DNA of 24,741 nt from Candidatus Undinarchaeota archaeon (lineage in GTDB: Archaea; SpSt-1190): positions 4,884 to 29,624 of the forward strand of contig CAZJUS010000010.1 in NCBI GenBank assembly GCA_964549355.1, read 5' to 3'. Positions 16,011-24,741 of the stretch are shown here, one piece after another (the first letter of the stretch is position 1; every line of letters begins with the position of its first letter). The position numbers were made by a program, and so were the translations under genes. A model generated the notes under the pieces. The model saw only the letters and a list, made by a program, of their open reading frames with translations. It was not told the DNA's origin and did no database searches.

Positions 16011-17099
16011 CTAGGGCAGGAAGTTGCCGGCCTCAATTTTTTCCGGCAGGTAGGTCTCGCTCACAAATTTGAGGTGCCTCTGGGCCAAAGCCTCCTGCTC
16101 CGCCTTTATCTTTTTCTTGAGCATCAGCTTGATTTCCTTTTCCCATTCCTTGTGCTGGAACCACGGATACTTGAGGAGCTCCTGGGCTCTGCGCAGGTCT
16201 ACATCCTTGGTATGGATGGCCGCGTTCTCCAGATGATAGTCGTAAATGTCGCTTATGGTGAGGCCGAGGAATTTGGCTTTCGGCGTCCCAAGCTCCCTGC
16301 TGGCATGGGCCAGATTCATACTGCCCATCTTGATGACGCTGTAGATGTACCACCCGTACGGGTCGCTGTCAGTGAACACATAGACGGGCAGGTTGAATTC
16401 AAGGGACATCCTGTGGATCAGCCGCCGGATGCCACGGGCGGCCTGCCCCTGCGTCCCCACCAGAATGCAGTTGTGCTTCTTCCAGAACTTGTCTTCATGG
16501 AGGCGGTCGAAGGTTGCGTTTTTTTCAGCAACCAGAATAAAATCTGCGTCTATGCTTTTGATTTTCAAATCCTCTACATTGCCCGGGATGGCCCACCCTC
16601 CGCTCCCCAGTTTGCTCCAGTCGATGGTGTCCCCGCGGTCTTCTATAATGACCTTCCCCGCTGCAACCCCGCGCCTGTCCGCATTTATGTGGAGCTGGTC
16701 GCGGAGGACTCCCAGAGCCACTTCAAGGTCTACAAAAACATCGTCGCTCTCCTTCTGCTCATCGAAGGTGTTTTCCTTTGAGTCCTTGATGGTGTGCTTC
16801 AGGCTGTAGTACGCCTCCCTCAAGCTTGCATGCAGGTTTCCATCCATCAGCTGCTTTGAGAAGGCGCTGACCAGAAGAGTCTGCATGAATTTTTTGGCGT
16901 GGGCAACATTGATGAAATGCCTTTTGCTTTTGCTTTGGCCGAGGCTCAGGAGGCCGAGCTCTTTGTCCCACAGCACATTCCTCTTGCCACGGACGGGCAG
17001 TTCAATGAAAGGGTTGTCGCCGTTGAAAATTTCGTGCTCCACTGACCTGCCGAGGTCCACAAGCTTCTTGACCTTGTCCTGATTCGGGTCTTTCACCAT
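16011..17099 (-). CDS. top6A: DNA topoisomerase VI subunit A
   Basis: LREAYY catalytic Tyr motif, F.EQ.ESD, AEK Toprim Glu, FTDSDPYG DxD, KAEQEAL. Confidence 0.96.
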   Translation of the reverse strand: MVKDPNQDKVKKLVDLGRSVEHEIFNGDNPFIELPVRGKRNVLWDKELGLLSLGQSKSKRHFINVAHAKKFMQTLLVSAFSKQLMDGNLHASLREAYYSLKHTIKDSKENTFDEQKESDDVFVDLEVALGVLRDQLHINADRRGVAAGKVIIEDRGDTIDWSKLGSGGWAIPGNVEDLKIKSIDADFILVAEKNATFDRLHEDKFWKKHNCILVGTQGQAARGIRRLIHRMSLEFNLPVYVFTDSDPYGWYIYSVIKMGSMNLAHASRELGTPKAKFLGLTISDIYDYHLENAAIHTKDVDLRRAQELLKYPWFQHKEWEKEIKLMLKKKIKAEQEALAQRHLKFVSETYLPEKIEAGNFLP

Positions 17100-17152
17100 A
17101 ATTCGAAAGCCTGGGTTTTAAAAAGGACTCGCTTTGTATGCTGTTGAGACCC

Positions 17153-17737
17153 ATGCCGACCATCTCCGAAGCCCAGCGGATTCTGGAAAAATACAAAGTG
17201 AATGTGGTCGGCTCCGTTGTTTCGCTGGAGCAGGCGCTGGCCATGAAGAGGCCGATTGTACTGAAAGCCGATTCGGCCGAGCACAAGACTGACAAGGGCC
17301 TGGTGTTCGTGGGCCTTGATACCGACGAAGCCATCCGCGATGCATTTGCAAAAATCTCCAAGTCTGCAGGCGTCTTCGCCCAGCCGGTGGTCAAGGGGGA
17401 GGAGGTTATTGTCGGCGTGGTTGAAGACCCGACCTTCGGCAGGGTCATCATGTTCGGGGCCGGGGGGATTTTCACTGAGGTCTACAAGGACACGGCTTTC
17501 AGAGTCCCGCCCCTCAGCACAAAAGAAGCGGAGGCCATGATTGCGGACACAAGAATCGGCAGGCTCTTTGAGGGCTTCAGGGGGAAGGAGATGAACAAAA
17601 AGGCGTTGGTGGCTTTGCTTGTGGCTGTTTCAAAATTCGCCGGCGACGGGTCCGAAAGCTTCAGGGAGCTGGACCTGAACCCTGTGATAGTCAACAGGCG
17701 GGGCGCCTTCGTGGTTGATGTCAGGATGCTGATTTAG
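17153..17737 (+). CDS. ADP-forming acetate/acyl-CoA ligase beta subunit (ATP-grasp)
   Basis: PIVLK..HKTDKG, EVIVGVVEDPTFG.VIMFGAGGIFTEVYKD, ELDLNPV. Confidence 0.9.
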   Translation: MPTISEAQRILEKYKVNVVGSVVSLEQALAMKRPIVLKADSAEHKTDKGLVFVGLDTDEAIRDAFAKISKSAGVFAQPVVKGEEVIVGVVEDPTFGRVIMFGAGGIFTEVYKDTAFRVPPLSTKEAEAMIADTRIGRLFEGFRGKEMNKKALVALLVAVSKFAGDGSESFRELDLNPVIVNRRGAFVVDVRMLI

Positions 17738-17870
17738 ATTTTAAGCGGTTTTTTTTGAATTTGGAGCAAGGAGAAGCGGTTTTGAATATTTTTTCTGGGC
17801 GGTTTGGCCGAATCTCATATCAAAGCAACCACGAGAGATAGTCTTTTAAATCCCACAATCAGCATCAAGC

Positions 17871-18362
17871 ATGGCATATTCAAAGCATCTCAAGGCTTCA
17901 ATGGAGATGGCCGGGAAAGAGAGGGCCATGAAGTGGAGGCGCGAGCCTGTCATCCTGAAGCTTGAAGCTCCGAGCAGGCCGGACAGGGCCAAGGCATTGG
18001 GCTACAAGGCCAAGCAGGGGTTCATAGTGGTCCGGACCCGTGTCAAGAAAGGCGGGAGGACCCGCCCCAGCTTCCATGCTGGCCGGAAGCCCAGCAAGAG
18101 GGGGCGCCTCAAATACACTCCCAAGAAAAGCCTGAGGCTGATTGCGGAGGAGAAGGCCAACAGGAAGTTCAGGAACATGGAGGTCCTCAACAGCTATCTT
18201 GCCGGGGAGGACGGCATAAGCAAATGGTTTGAAATTATACTGGTCGACAGGAGCCATCCCGCAGTCAGGAAGGACAAAGACATACGATGGGTGGCCAAGG
18301 GCGCCAACCGCGGACGGGTCTTCCGGAACCACACCTCCGCAGGCAAGAAACTGAAAAAGTGA
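17871..18362 (+). CDS. rpl15e: 50S ribosomal protein L15e
   Basis: [38 protein letters not shown]. Confidence 0.96.
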   Translation: MAYSKHLKASMEMAGKERAMKWRREPVILKLEAPSRPDRAKALGYKAKQGFIVVRTRVKKGGRTRPSFHAGRKPSKRGRLKYTPKKSLRLIAEEKANRKFRNMEVLNSYLAGEDGISKWFEIILVDRSHPAVRKDKDIRWVAKGANRGRVFRNHTSAGKKLKK

Positions 18363-18394
18363 AACTTAAATTATAAGTTCCGCCTGAGTTTTCA

Positions 18395-18814
18395 GTGAAC
18401 AAGGAAAAGCTCGCAGCGCTCGTCTTCGGCACGCTCCTGGGCTGGACCGCAGTGGGCTTCACAGTTGCGGAAGTCCAGAACAAACTAATCTGGCTTTTGG
18501 TCTTCCCCCTTTTGGCATGGCCTGCAGTTGCATGGAAATCTGAGAGGGCGGGGGGCGCCATGGCGTTTCTGTACTCTGCGGTAAGCGTGGCCCTGTACCT
18601 GCTCGGCTTCCTGAGGGTTGGAAGGTCGGTGCAGAGTCTGGCGAGGTTCCTGCTCGGCCTGCCCCTCCCGGCGGTTTTGATTGGGCTGCTCCTGATGTAT
18701 TCCGCTTCAAAGCAGAAGGAGGCCGACAGGCAGAGATGGGCCAATGTCGTGGCCGAGACTGCCGGCAGGCAGCCCCCTCAGAGGGGCGGGATAGGACAGT
18801 GGATGCGGAAATGA
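18395..18814 (+). CDS. Hypothetical membrane protein (about four TM segments)
   Basis: Hydrophobic segments; GTG start about 23 nt after aattataa. Confidence 0.6.
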   Translation: MNKEKLAALVFGTLLGWTAVGFTVAEVQNKLIWLLVFPLLAWPAVAWKSERAGGAMAFLYSAVSVALYLLGFLRVGRSVQSLARFLLGLPLPAVLIGLLLMYSASKQKEADRQRWANVVAETAGRQPPQRGGIGQWMRK

Positions 18815-18907
18815 AGCTTCCCAACCAAAGATTTATAATCAGCAAATCATGTATCATGTATTTCAGTAGGCGTGTATAATGATCTTTCTGAAAACAAAGG
18901 TGAAAAA

Positions 18908-19978
18908 ATGATAAAAAATTTCGAAGAATTAGGCCTGAGTCGTAAGACTGTTGAGGCCTTGGACAAAATGGGGATTAAAATCCCCTTTCCCGTTCAATAT
19001 AAAGCCATTCCGCTCATTTTGGCGGGAAAAAACGTTGGAGCTAAAGCCAAAACAGGCTCCGGCAAGACCCTGTCGTATGCAATTCCAATTGCAGAGCTCA
19101 TTGAAAAACAGGGCCACGCGCAGGTGCTTGTGATGGCGCCCACGCGGGAGCTGGCTCTGCAGAATTATGAGGTCATAAAAAAAGTGGCCCCCTGGCTGAG
19201 GTTTGCCATAATCTACGGCGGTGTAGGCTATGAGCCGCAGTTCCGGCAGCTTGAATCCGCCGATGTGGTGATTGGAACTCCGGGGCGCTTGATTGACCAC
19301 CTCCAGAGAGGGACATTGAAGCTGGACAGGGCGCAGATTGTGGTGCTGGATGAGGCCGACCGCATGCTTGACATGGGCTTCAAGGACGACGTGGAGTATA
19401 TAATCAGCGCAACCCCGAAAGACACACGGGTCTGGCTGTTCTCGGCAACCCTCCATTCACAAATTCTGAAACTTGCGCGCAAGTTTGGAGTGAATGAATT
19501 TGTGGAGGCAGGAGAAGAGATGCCGAGCGAAATCGAACATTACTTTATTGACTATGGAGACAAATTCAGCAATCTGAAGAAACTGCTCAAGAATGATCAA
19601 AAAGTGCTGGTTTTTTCAAATACCAAACGATTCACACGAAGAATTAGTGAACGCCTCAGACTGCTTTCGATTCACGGCGACATGAGCCAGGCTGCACGTG
19701 AGAGGTCGTTGAAAAAATTCACAAACGGTGCGAACTGCCTGGTTGCAACTGATGTTGCAGCGAGAGGGCTGGATATACCGAACGTCGATTTGGTTGTGAA
19801 TATGGATTTGCCGAAGGATTCAAAAACATATATCCACAGGTCTGGACGGACCGGCAGGGCTGGAAAGAAAGGCAAAGTTGTCAATATACTGAGGCCGGAA
19901 GATTTTGATGTCTTCCGGAGAATAACAGAAGATTTGAGGCTTGACGTCGCCCCCTGGGAAAGCAGACAGGCCCCTTAG
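18908..19978 (+). CDS. DEAD-box RNA helicase (minimal core)
   Basis: Q motif, AKTGSGKT, PTRELA, TPGRL, DEAD, SAT, ARGLD, HRSGRTGRAG; AGGTGA RBS before ATG 18908. Confidence 0.96.
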   Translation: MIKNFEELGLSRKTVEALDKMGIKIPFPVQYKAIPLILAGKNVGAKAKTGSGKTLSYAIPIAELIEKQGHAQVLVMAPTRELALQNYEVIKKVAPWLRFAIIYGGVGYEPQFRQLESADVVIGTPGRLIDHLQRGTLKLDRAQIVVLDEADRMLDMGFKDDVEYIISATPKDTRVWLFSATLHSQILKLARKFGVNEFVEAGEEMPSEIEHYFIDYGDKFSNLKKLLKNDQKVLVFSNTKRFTRRISERLRLLSIHGDMSQAARERSLKKFTNGANCLVATDVAARGLDIPNVDLVVNMDLPKDSKTYIHRSGRTGRAGKKGKVVNILRPEDFDVFRRITEDLRLDVAPWESRQAP

Positions 19979-19993
19979 GAAAGCAGACAGCAG

Positions 19994-20230
19994 TCAGTCG
20001 GCCTTTGCATGCTTTCGAGTCCCGCTGATTTTAACTGTTTTGAACTGCCATTTCAGGGCCAGCGCCCCCTTTATTTTGTCAACCCAGGCATTCTCGCAGG
20101 CCAGCAGTCCGTCGATTACGCGGAATTTGGATTCAATCAATCCCATCTTTCCAAACATGTGCCTGATATAGTCGGCCAGCTCCCTGCTGTCCGGCTTTTG
20201 CGACAGCCATTCAACCCGCAGATATCTCAT
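19994..20230 (-). CDS. rnp2: RNase P protein component 2 (Pop5/Rpp14 family), short
   Basis: RYL N-terminus, FGKMG, KISGTRK C-terminal motif; context near Rpp30. Confidence 0.7.
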   Translation of the reverse strand: MRYLRVEWLSQKPDSRELADYIRHMFGKMGLIESKFRVIDGLLACENAWVDKIKGALALKWQFKTVKISGTRKHAKAD

Positions 20231-21483
20231 GTGCCCTCACCCCAAGATGCCAGATACTTTTTTTGTTCAGGAGTCAGCTGTTCAATTTCAATTCCCATGG
20301 CCTTTAATTTTATTTTTGCAACATACTCATCAATTTCCCTTGGGAGTGTGTGGACCTTTACTTCCAGTTTGTTTTTATGGTCCACAATGTATTTTGCAGC
20401 CAAGGCCTGGACTGAAAAACTCATATCCATGATTTCAGCAGGATGTCCGTCGCCCGCTGCAAGATTCACAAGTCTTCCATGGGCCAGGACATAAATACTG
20501 CGTCCGTCTTTCATTTTATATTCCGTTATGTTGGTCTTCAATTCATTCACTTTTTCAGACATAGCTTTTAGTTGCGGGATGTCTATTTCTACATCAAAAT
20601 GGCCTGCATTGGCGAGCATGGCGCCGTTTTTCATTTTTTCAAAGTGCTCCTTTCGGATGCAGTCCTTGTCGCCTGTTGAAGTTACAAAGAGGTCCCCGAG
20701 TTTCGAGGCTCCATCCATAGGCATTACTCTGTAGCCGTCCATTCTGGCTTCCAGGGCTCTTATGGGGTCCGGTTCGACCACGATGACATTGGCGCCCAGC
20801 CCCTCGGCCCTCATTGCAATCCCGCGTCCGCACCACCCGTATCCTGAAACCACGACTGTTTTTCCAGCGATGATGACGTTGGTGGTCCTCATTATTCCAT
20901 CCCAGACCGATTGCCCTGTTCCGTACCTGTTGTCGAACAGAAATTTGCATTGTGAATCATTCACTGCAATTACAGGGACTCTTAATTTTCCGGATTTGTA
21001 AAGTGAACGGAGGCGGTTCACCCCTGTGGTGGTTTCTTCATTGATCCCCCATATGTTTTCCAGGAGGTCCGTTCGTTCACTGTGGACGACTGCTGTCATG
21101 TCGGCTCCGTCGTCAATCAGGATATTCGGTTTTATGTCGAGGGCTTTGTTGAGGGCTTCATAGTATTCATCGCGGCTGAAGCCGTGCTTGGCAAAGGTAG
21201 GAATGCCTGTTGCATTCAGGGCGGCCACTACATCATCCTGTGTGCTGAGGGGATTGCTCGGACTGAGGGCAATTTCAGCACCGCCGTCTTTCAAGGTCAT
21301 GGCAAATTTGGCGGTCTTCATTTCCAGGTGCAGGCAGCCTGCAATCCTGACCCCTTTGAAGGGTTTGGTTTTTTTGAAATCTTCTGACAGATGATTCATG
21401 ACAGACATGAAACGCTGGACCCAGTCGATTTTGGCCTGCCCGTCCTTTGCTGAAGCGTCCATGGAATGTGACGGCGGGGCCAT
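20227..21483 (-). CDS. ahcY: Adenosylhomocysteinase
   Basis: [62 protein letters not shown]. Confidence 0.98.
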   Translation of the reverse strand: MAPPSHSMDASAKDGQAKIDWVQRFMSVMNHLSEDFKKTKPFKGVRIAGCLHLEMKTAKFAMTLKDGGAEIALSPSNPLSTQDDVVAALNATGIPTFAKHGFSRDEYYEALNKALDIKPNILIDDGADMTAVVHSERTDLLENIWGINEETTTGVNRLRSLYKSGKLRVPVIAVNDSQCKFLFDNRYGTGQSVWDGIMRTTNVIIAGKTVVVSGYGWCGRGIAMRAEGLGANVIVVEPDPIRALEARMDGYRVMPMDGASKLGDLFVTSTGDKDCIRKEHFEKMKNGAMLANAGHFDVEIDIPQLKAMSEKVNELKTNITEYKMKDGRSIYVLAHGRLVNLAAGDGHPAEIMDMSFSVQALAAKYIVDHKNKLEVKVHTLPREIDEYVAKIKLKAMGIEIEQLTPEQKKYLASWGEGT

Positions 21484-21484
21484 T

Positions 21485-22066
21485 TTAAACCTCTTCTATT
21501 CCCCAGCTTGCCTGGCGCCTCCTTGCTTCTGCACGCTCTGCAATCCAGCGGGGGATTGTGAATACTGCATTGCGGGAGGCCTCCTGTTTGAGCCCCATCA
21601 GGATGCCGATGGACACCATTTCGGCGCCCCCTCTCAGCTCCCCGGCTCTTGCCGCCCCTGAGCACAGGCCGGCCAGGCCGTTCCACTTCTGCACTTCGAG
21701 CAGGCTCCGGCGGACCCTGGCAATCACAGACGGCTTGAGGCTGAAGAGCGGGGCGACGGGGAAGACCAGGGGCGTCTCGTATCTTTTGGACATGCGGACA
21801 GCCCTTTTTCTGACTTTGAGCCCCGGATGCAGGTCCTGCCGGATGAGCATGAAATCATAGCGCGTCTCGACCAGGAGCTGTGTCAGCTGGTTGCCTGTTT
21901 CCGGCGCCCCTGCCACCAAAAGAAAATTTTTCCTTTTCCTGCGCACTTCATTCCGGTTGTTGCTGACCAGGAGGGATTCCCCGGCAATTTTTGGGGCCAC
22001 TTCCAGTTTTTTGAGGGCTCCGCCTGCATCCTCCAAAGGGGAAACCCAGAGGTCTATGAATTCCAC
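21485..22066 (-). CDS. rnp3: RNase P protein component 3 (Rpp30), divergent
   Basis: FIDL N-terminus, LCSGA...ELR, LMGL....S...V..IP pattern; context with COG1325 and Pop5. Confidence 0.65.
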   Translation of the reverse strand: MEFIDLWVSPLEDAGGALKKLEVAPKIAGESLLVSNNRNEVRRKRKNFLLVAGAPETGNQLTQLLVETRYDFMLIRQDLHPGLKVRKRAVRMSKRYETPLVFPVAPLFSLKPSVIARVRRSLLEVQKWNGLAGLCSGAARAGELRGGAEMVSIGILMGLKQEASRNAVFTIPRWIAERAEARRRQASWGIEEV

Positions 22067-22092
22067 AAGACATATTGCCGTGGGGCTTAAAA

Positions 22093-22638
22093 TTACTTCT
22101 CCCTCGTTGCTTTGCCGTGCTCCTGGGGGATTACGGCGATTTTGGCGCCGGGAAAACTGCGGGCGTCCTCGATTTTTCCGCCGTCGAAAAGCCTGTCAAG
22201 GAAGACCGCAAGCGCAGCCACTTCGCTGTGGGGCTGGTTGCCCACCGCCACGTTGAAGTCGGCCAATTCATAAATCTCCGGAGGCACTTTTTCAGCGCCC
22301 ACAAAAATCAGCAGGTCTTTGTCTTGGGCAAGCAGGCGCCGGATGCCAGGGACTGTCTTGGAGAGGGGTATGCCGTACATGGTCAGGTGGATGACTATGC
22401 CCCCCTTCGACTTGAAATTTCTGACTTCGCTTTTCCAGTTTTTCACAGAGCCCGTCCGGAAGCTCCCTGAGCCCCCCCACCTTTCACAGATGTCCTCCAG
22501 CGTTTTGAGGGGTCCGGTGGCGTCGCTGCCGGCCATCACAAACCGGTCAGCCCCGAAGGCGCGGGCCACCAAGCCCACATGCGTGGTTATCCTGGTGTCG
22601 CGGCCTTTGCGGTGGCCGAATCTCATTACTGTTATCAC
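22093..22638 (-). CDS. trm56: tRNA (cytidine(56)-2'-O)-methyltransferase (SPOUT)
   Basis: RFGHR..RD.RITTHVGLVARAFGA, HLTMYG, VGAEKVP, VGNQPHSEVAALAVFLDR. Confidence 0.95.
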   Translation of the reverse strand: MITVMRFGHRKGRDTRITTHVGLVARAFGADRFVMAGSDATGPLKTLEDICERWGGSGSFRTGSVKNWKSEVRNFKSKGGIVIHLTMYGIPLSKTVPGIRRLLAQDKDLLIFVGAEKVPPEIYELADFNVAVGNQPHSEVAALAVFLDRLFDGGKIEDARSFPGAKIAVIPQEHGKATREK

Positions 22639-22659
22639 AGCCCGCTGAAGCACCGCATT

Positions 22660-23268
22660 TTAAAAGAGTCTCTCAGTCATAAAGTCCAAAGGCCCCGGCA
22701 GTTTGAGACGGGGTTCGAAATTGCCCTTCAGGAGATTGTCCATTATTTCTTCGGCAGTCTCCCCCGGCACATTGTTGTAGAATTTGCCGAGGCCTTTCAC
22801 GCTGTGGGCATCGCTGTTGCATAGGTATTTGATGCCCCTCTTTACAGCTTCCTCCACAGCCTTCCTGCACAGATGGCGCGGCGTCCTGCCGTTGATGGCT
22901 TCGACAAAGTCGAAGATTTCAAAAGCAGGCTTGCCTATGGGGTCCCGGAACGGCAGGTCATACACATGGGCGGCCGCAGCAAAGACATGGCGGTCCTTGA
23001 CCCAGTCCATCAGCTCGTCCAGGACTTTGGTGGGGGGCATGTCTTCGATTCCCACCAGGAGCACATGGCCCTTGTCGGTGGTCAGCTCAACGCCCGGCAG
23101 GATTATGAAGCCGTTGGAGCGCAGCTTGAGCTTCTTCCACCCGTCTACTGTGTTGTGGTCTGTTATGGCGATTGCACCCAGCCCCGCCCTCTTGGCGGCT
23201 GCCACCATTTCGATGGGGGTGTTCCTGCCGTCGCTGCAGTTGGTATGGACATGGAGGTCGACTTTCAC
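22660..23268 (-). CDS. PHP-domain metal-dependent phosphoesterase
   Basis: DLHVHT..SDG, AITDHN, GVE, GH, NSDAH; GTG 23268 lies about 24 nt after TTTAAA. Confidence 0.9.
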   Translation of the reverse strand: MKVDLHVHTNCSDGRNTPIEMVAAAKRAGLGAIAITDHNTVDGWKKLKLRSNGFIILPGVELTTDKGHVLLVGIEDMPPTKVLDELMDWVKDRHVFAAAAHVYDLPFRDPIGKPAFEIFDFVEAINGRTPRHLCRKAVEEAVKRGIKYLCNSDAHSVKGLGKFYNNVPGETAEEIMDNLLKGNFEPRLKLPGPLDFMTERLF

Positions 23269-23293
23269 AATATCACTGGCAGGCTTCTGACAT

Positions 23294-23680
23294 TTAAACC
23301 TTCCAATACTCCCTGACGAGGGACGCGACCTTGCCGGCGCTGGGGGCGTGCCCTTCAAAGCCGAAAATTATCTGCACATCGCGCCCGGGGGCTAAACGCC
23401 CCAGGAGCAGTTTTTCTTTGTCAACCCGCACAAAAAATCGGTTTTTTTCGCACCGCGCTGGAATATTTGAAATTTTTAGGTCTTTAAGCTTTCTGAGGAT
23501 GATTTCGGCTTTTTTCTTACCTCCGCTTCCTTCAATTATGATGATTGGGTTTTTCCAATACCCTGTGGCTTTCTTTCTGCCGGTTTCCACCCCAAAGACC
23601 GTTTCTACGGCGCCGGCAATCCTTGCTTCATCTTCTGTTGCGTGCGCCAGCGTTTTTACTTTGAATGTCTTGAGCTCCAA
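23294..23680 (-). CDS. RNA-binding protein, COG1325 (DUF54) family
   Basis: HATEDE, TGYWKNPI, FFVRVDKE motifs. Confidence 0.8.
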   Translation of the reverse strand: MELKTFKVKTLAHATEDEARIAGAVETVFGVETGRKKATGYWKNPIIIIEGSGGKKKAEIILRKLKDLKISNIPARCEKNRFFVRVDKEKLLLGRLAPGRDVQIIFGFEGHAPSAGKVASLVREYWKV

Positions 23681-23681
23681 G

Positions 23682-24740
23682 CTACCGCCTCAGCAGGGCC
23701 CCCACACCTCCTATGGCCAGGAACTCCTTGCCTGACTGGGTGTCGGTGGACACATATTCGACCGGGGTATTGTGCGCTTCCGCAGACTTTTCAAACTCCT
23801 CCGCAAGCTCCTCGTCAAGCCCCTCGCTGATGATGAGGGTTTCAACAACGCCCTCCTGGAGCTTCCGGCGGACTTCGTCGATGCCGTAGGCAACCTTGCC
23901 ACCCATTGCAATCCCCTTGAAAAGCTCCTCTATTATCTTCCGCTCGCGCTCGACAGCAGTCTCCTTGAGGGCGTCCTGGCTTTTCTCCACCAGCTCGCGG
24001 AGGCCGTTCTCGCCCGTGTATCCTATGTCCTGGACGGCGATTATTTTGTTTTTGATTTCACTGTGGAGCTCCTCGAACAGCTGCTCCTTGGTGGGGCCCG
24101 GGCCTCCCAGGAGGATGCCTTTGGTGTCCATCAGATACTGCCGGATGCCCTCATGGATTTTTTTGTAGAAGTCCTGGGTCAGGCCTTCGCGGACGCGCTC
24201 GAAGCGGGCGGCGCTTTGGCCACCTGCGCGGAATTTGCCCGGGATCATGCTTTTGAAGGTTTTAATAATCTCGATGCGCTTGCCCCGCAGGATTCCCAGG
24301 GTTGCCTCGCGCCTTTCGATTATGACCAGCCCGTAGACCTCGGTGGGTTTGAGCATCTCGAGCAGGGGTTCAAGGAAGAAAACCTGGTCGCACCTGTAGA
24401 CCCGAGTTTCAAGCGGGAAGGGGGGGATGAGGCTTTCAACCACCCAGTCCTCCTTGCCCGGCACGCCTATATTGCCCACGAAGACAGCCAGGCCGTTCTC
24501 CGGGGTTTTTTTGAAAAGAGACAGGTGCTGGAGGGTTTTTTCAAGGGCAGTCACCACATTCTTGCGGGTGCTCTTGCTTTTGATATTGACGGCGGTGCCC
24601 TTTTCCTGGGCAATCTGATTTACAATCCGATGGAGGGTGTAGCCTGCAGGAATCATTACTGTGACGAGCTCCGTGTTCCTGCCCCTGATGTTTTTCAGCT
24701 GTTTTATCTTCCTCTTGAAGTCCTGCATGCTGGCGTCCAC
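23682..24740 (-). CDS. prf1: Peptide chain release factor aRF1 (5' end at window edge)
   Basis: GRNTELV, NIKS, YRCDQVF, GGQSAARF, GGVGALLR. Confidence 0.97.
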   Translation of the reverse strand: MDASMQDFKRKIKQLKNIRGRNTELVTVMIPAGYTLHRIVNQIAQEKGTAVNIKSKSTRKNVVTALEKTLQHLSLFKKTPENGLAVFVGNIGVPGKEDWVVESLIPPFPLETRVYRCDQVFFLEPLLEMLKPTEVYGLVIIERREATLGILRGKRIEIIKTFKSMIPGKFRAGGQSAARFERVREGLTQDFYKKIHEGIRQYLMDTKGILLGGPGPTKEQLFEELHSEIKNKIIAVQDIGYTGENGLRELVEKSQDALKETAVERERKIIEELFKGIAMGGKVAYGIDEVRRKLQEGVVETLIISEGLDEELAEEFEKSAEAHNTPVEYVSTDTQSGKEFLAIGGVGALLRR

Positions 24741-24741
24741 G

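Noticed and set aside
23682..24740. Short aRF1 as a sign of stop-codon reassignment
   Set aside because: NIKS, YxCxxxF and GGQ are intact, and TAA, TAG and TGA all end conserved genes here

Overview
Archaeal chromosomal window with compact genes, GGTGA-type ribosome-binding sites and TATA boxes about 22-29 nt before many starts. The shuffled gene order and shortened proteins look DPANN-like (inference). Most of it is housekeeping: Sm-L37e-L23-L2-S19-L22-S3, S8e, MCM, Taw1, PDO, ferredoxin, UDG4, site-2 protease, Top6A, ACD beta, L15e, DEAD-box helicase, Pop5, AhcY, Rpp30, Trm56, PHP, COG1325 and aRF1. No CRISPR array, integrase or transposase was seen. The most unusual region is the tRNA locus at 9960-10480. 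It holds an intron-containing tRNA-Ile(UAU), a structured spacer, and a tRNA-Leu(GAG) enclosed exactly by two inverted 41-nt double-hairpin elements that differ by compensatory changes, followed by a second tRNA T-arm/acceptor 3' half. A second oddity is the four-gene operon at 40-1521: an apparently catalytically degenerate eIF2B/R15P-isomerase homolog, two paralogous 45-aa membrane microproteins absent from the ORF track, and a degenerate LOG-like protein.
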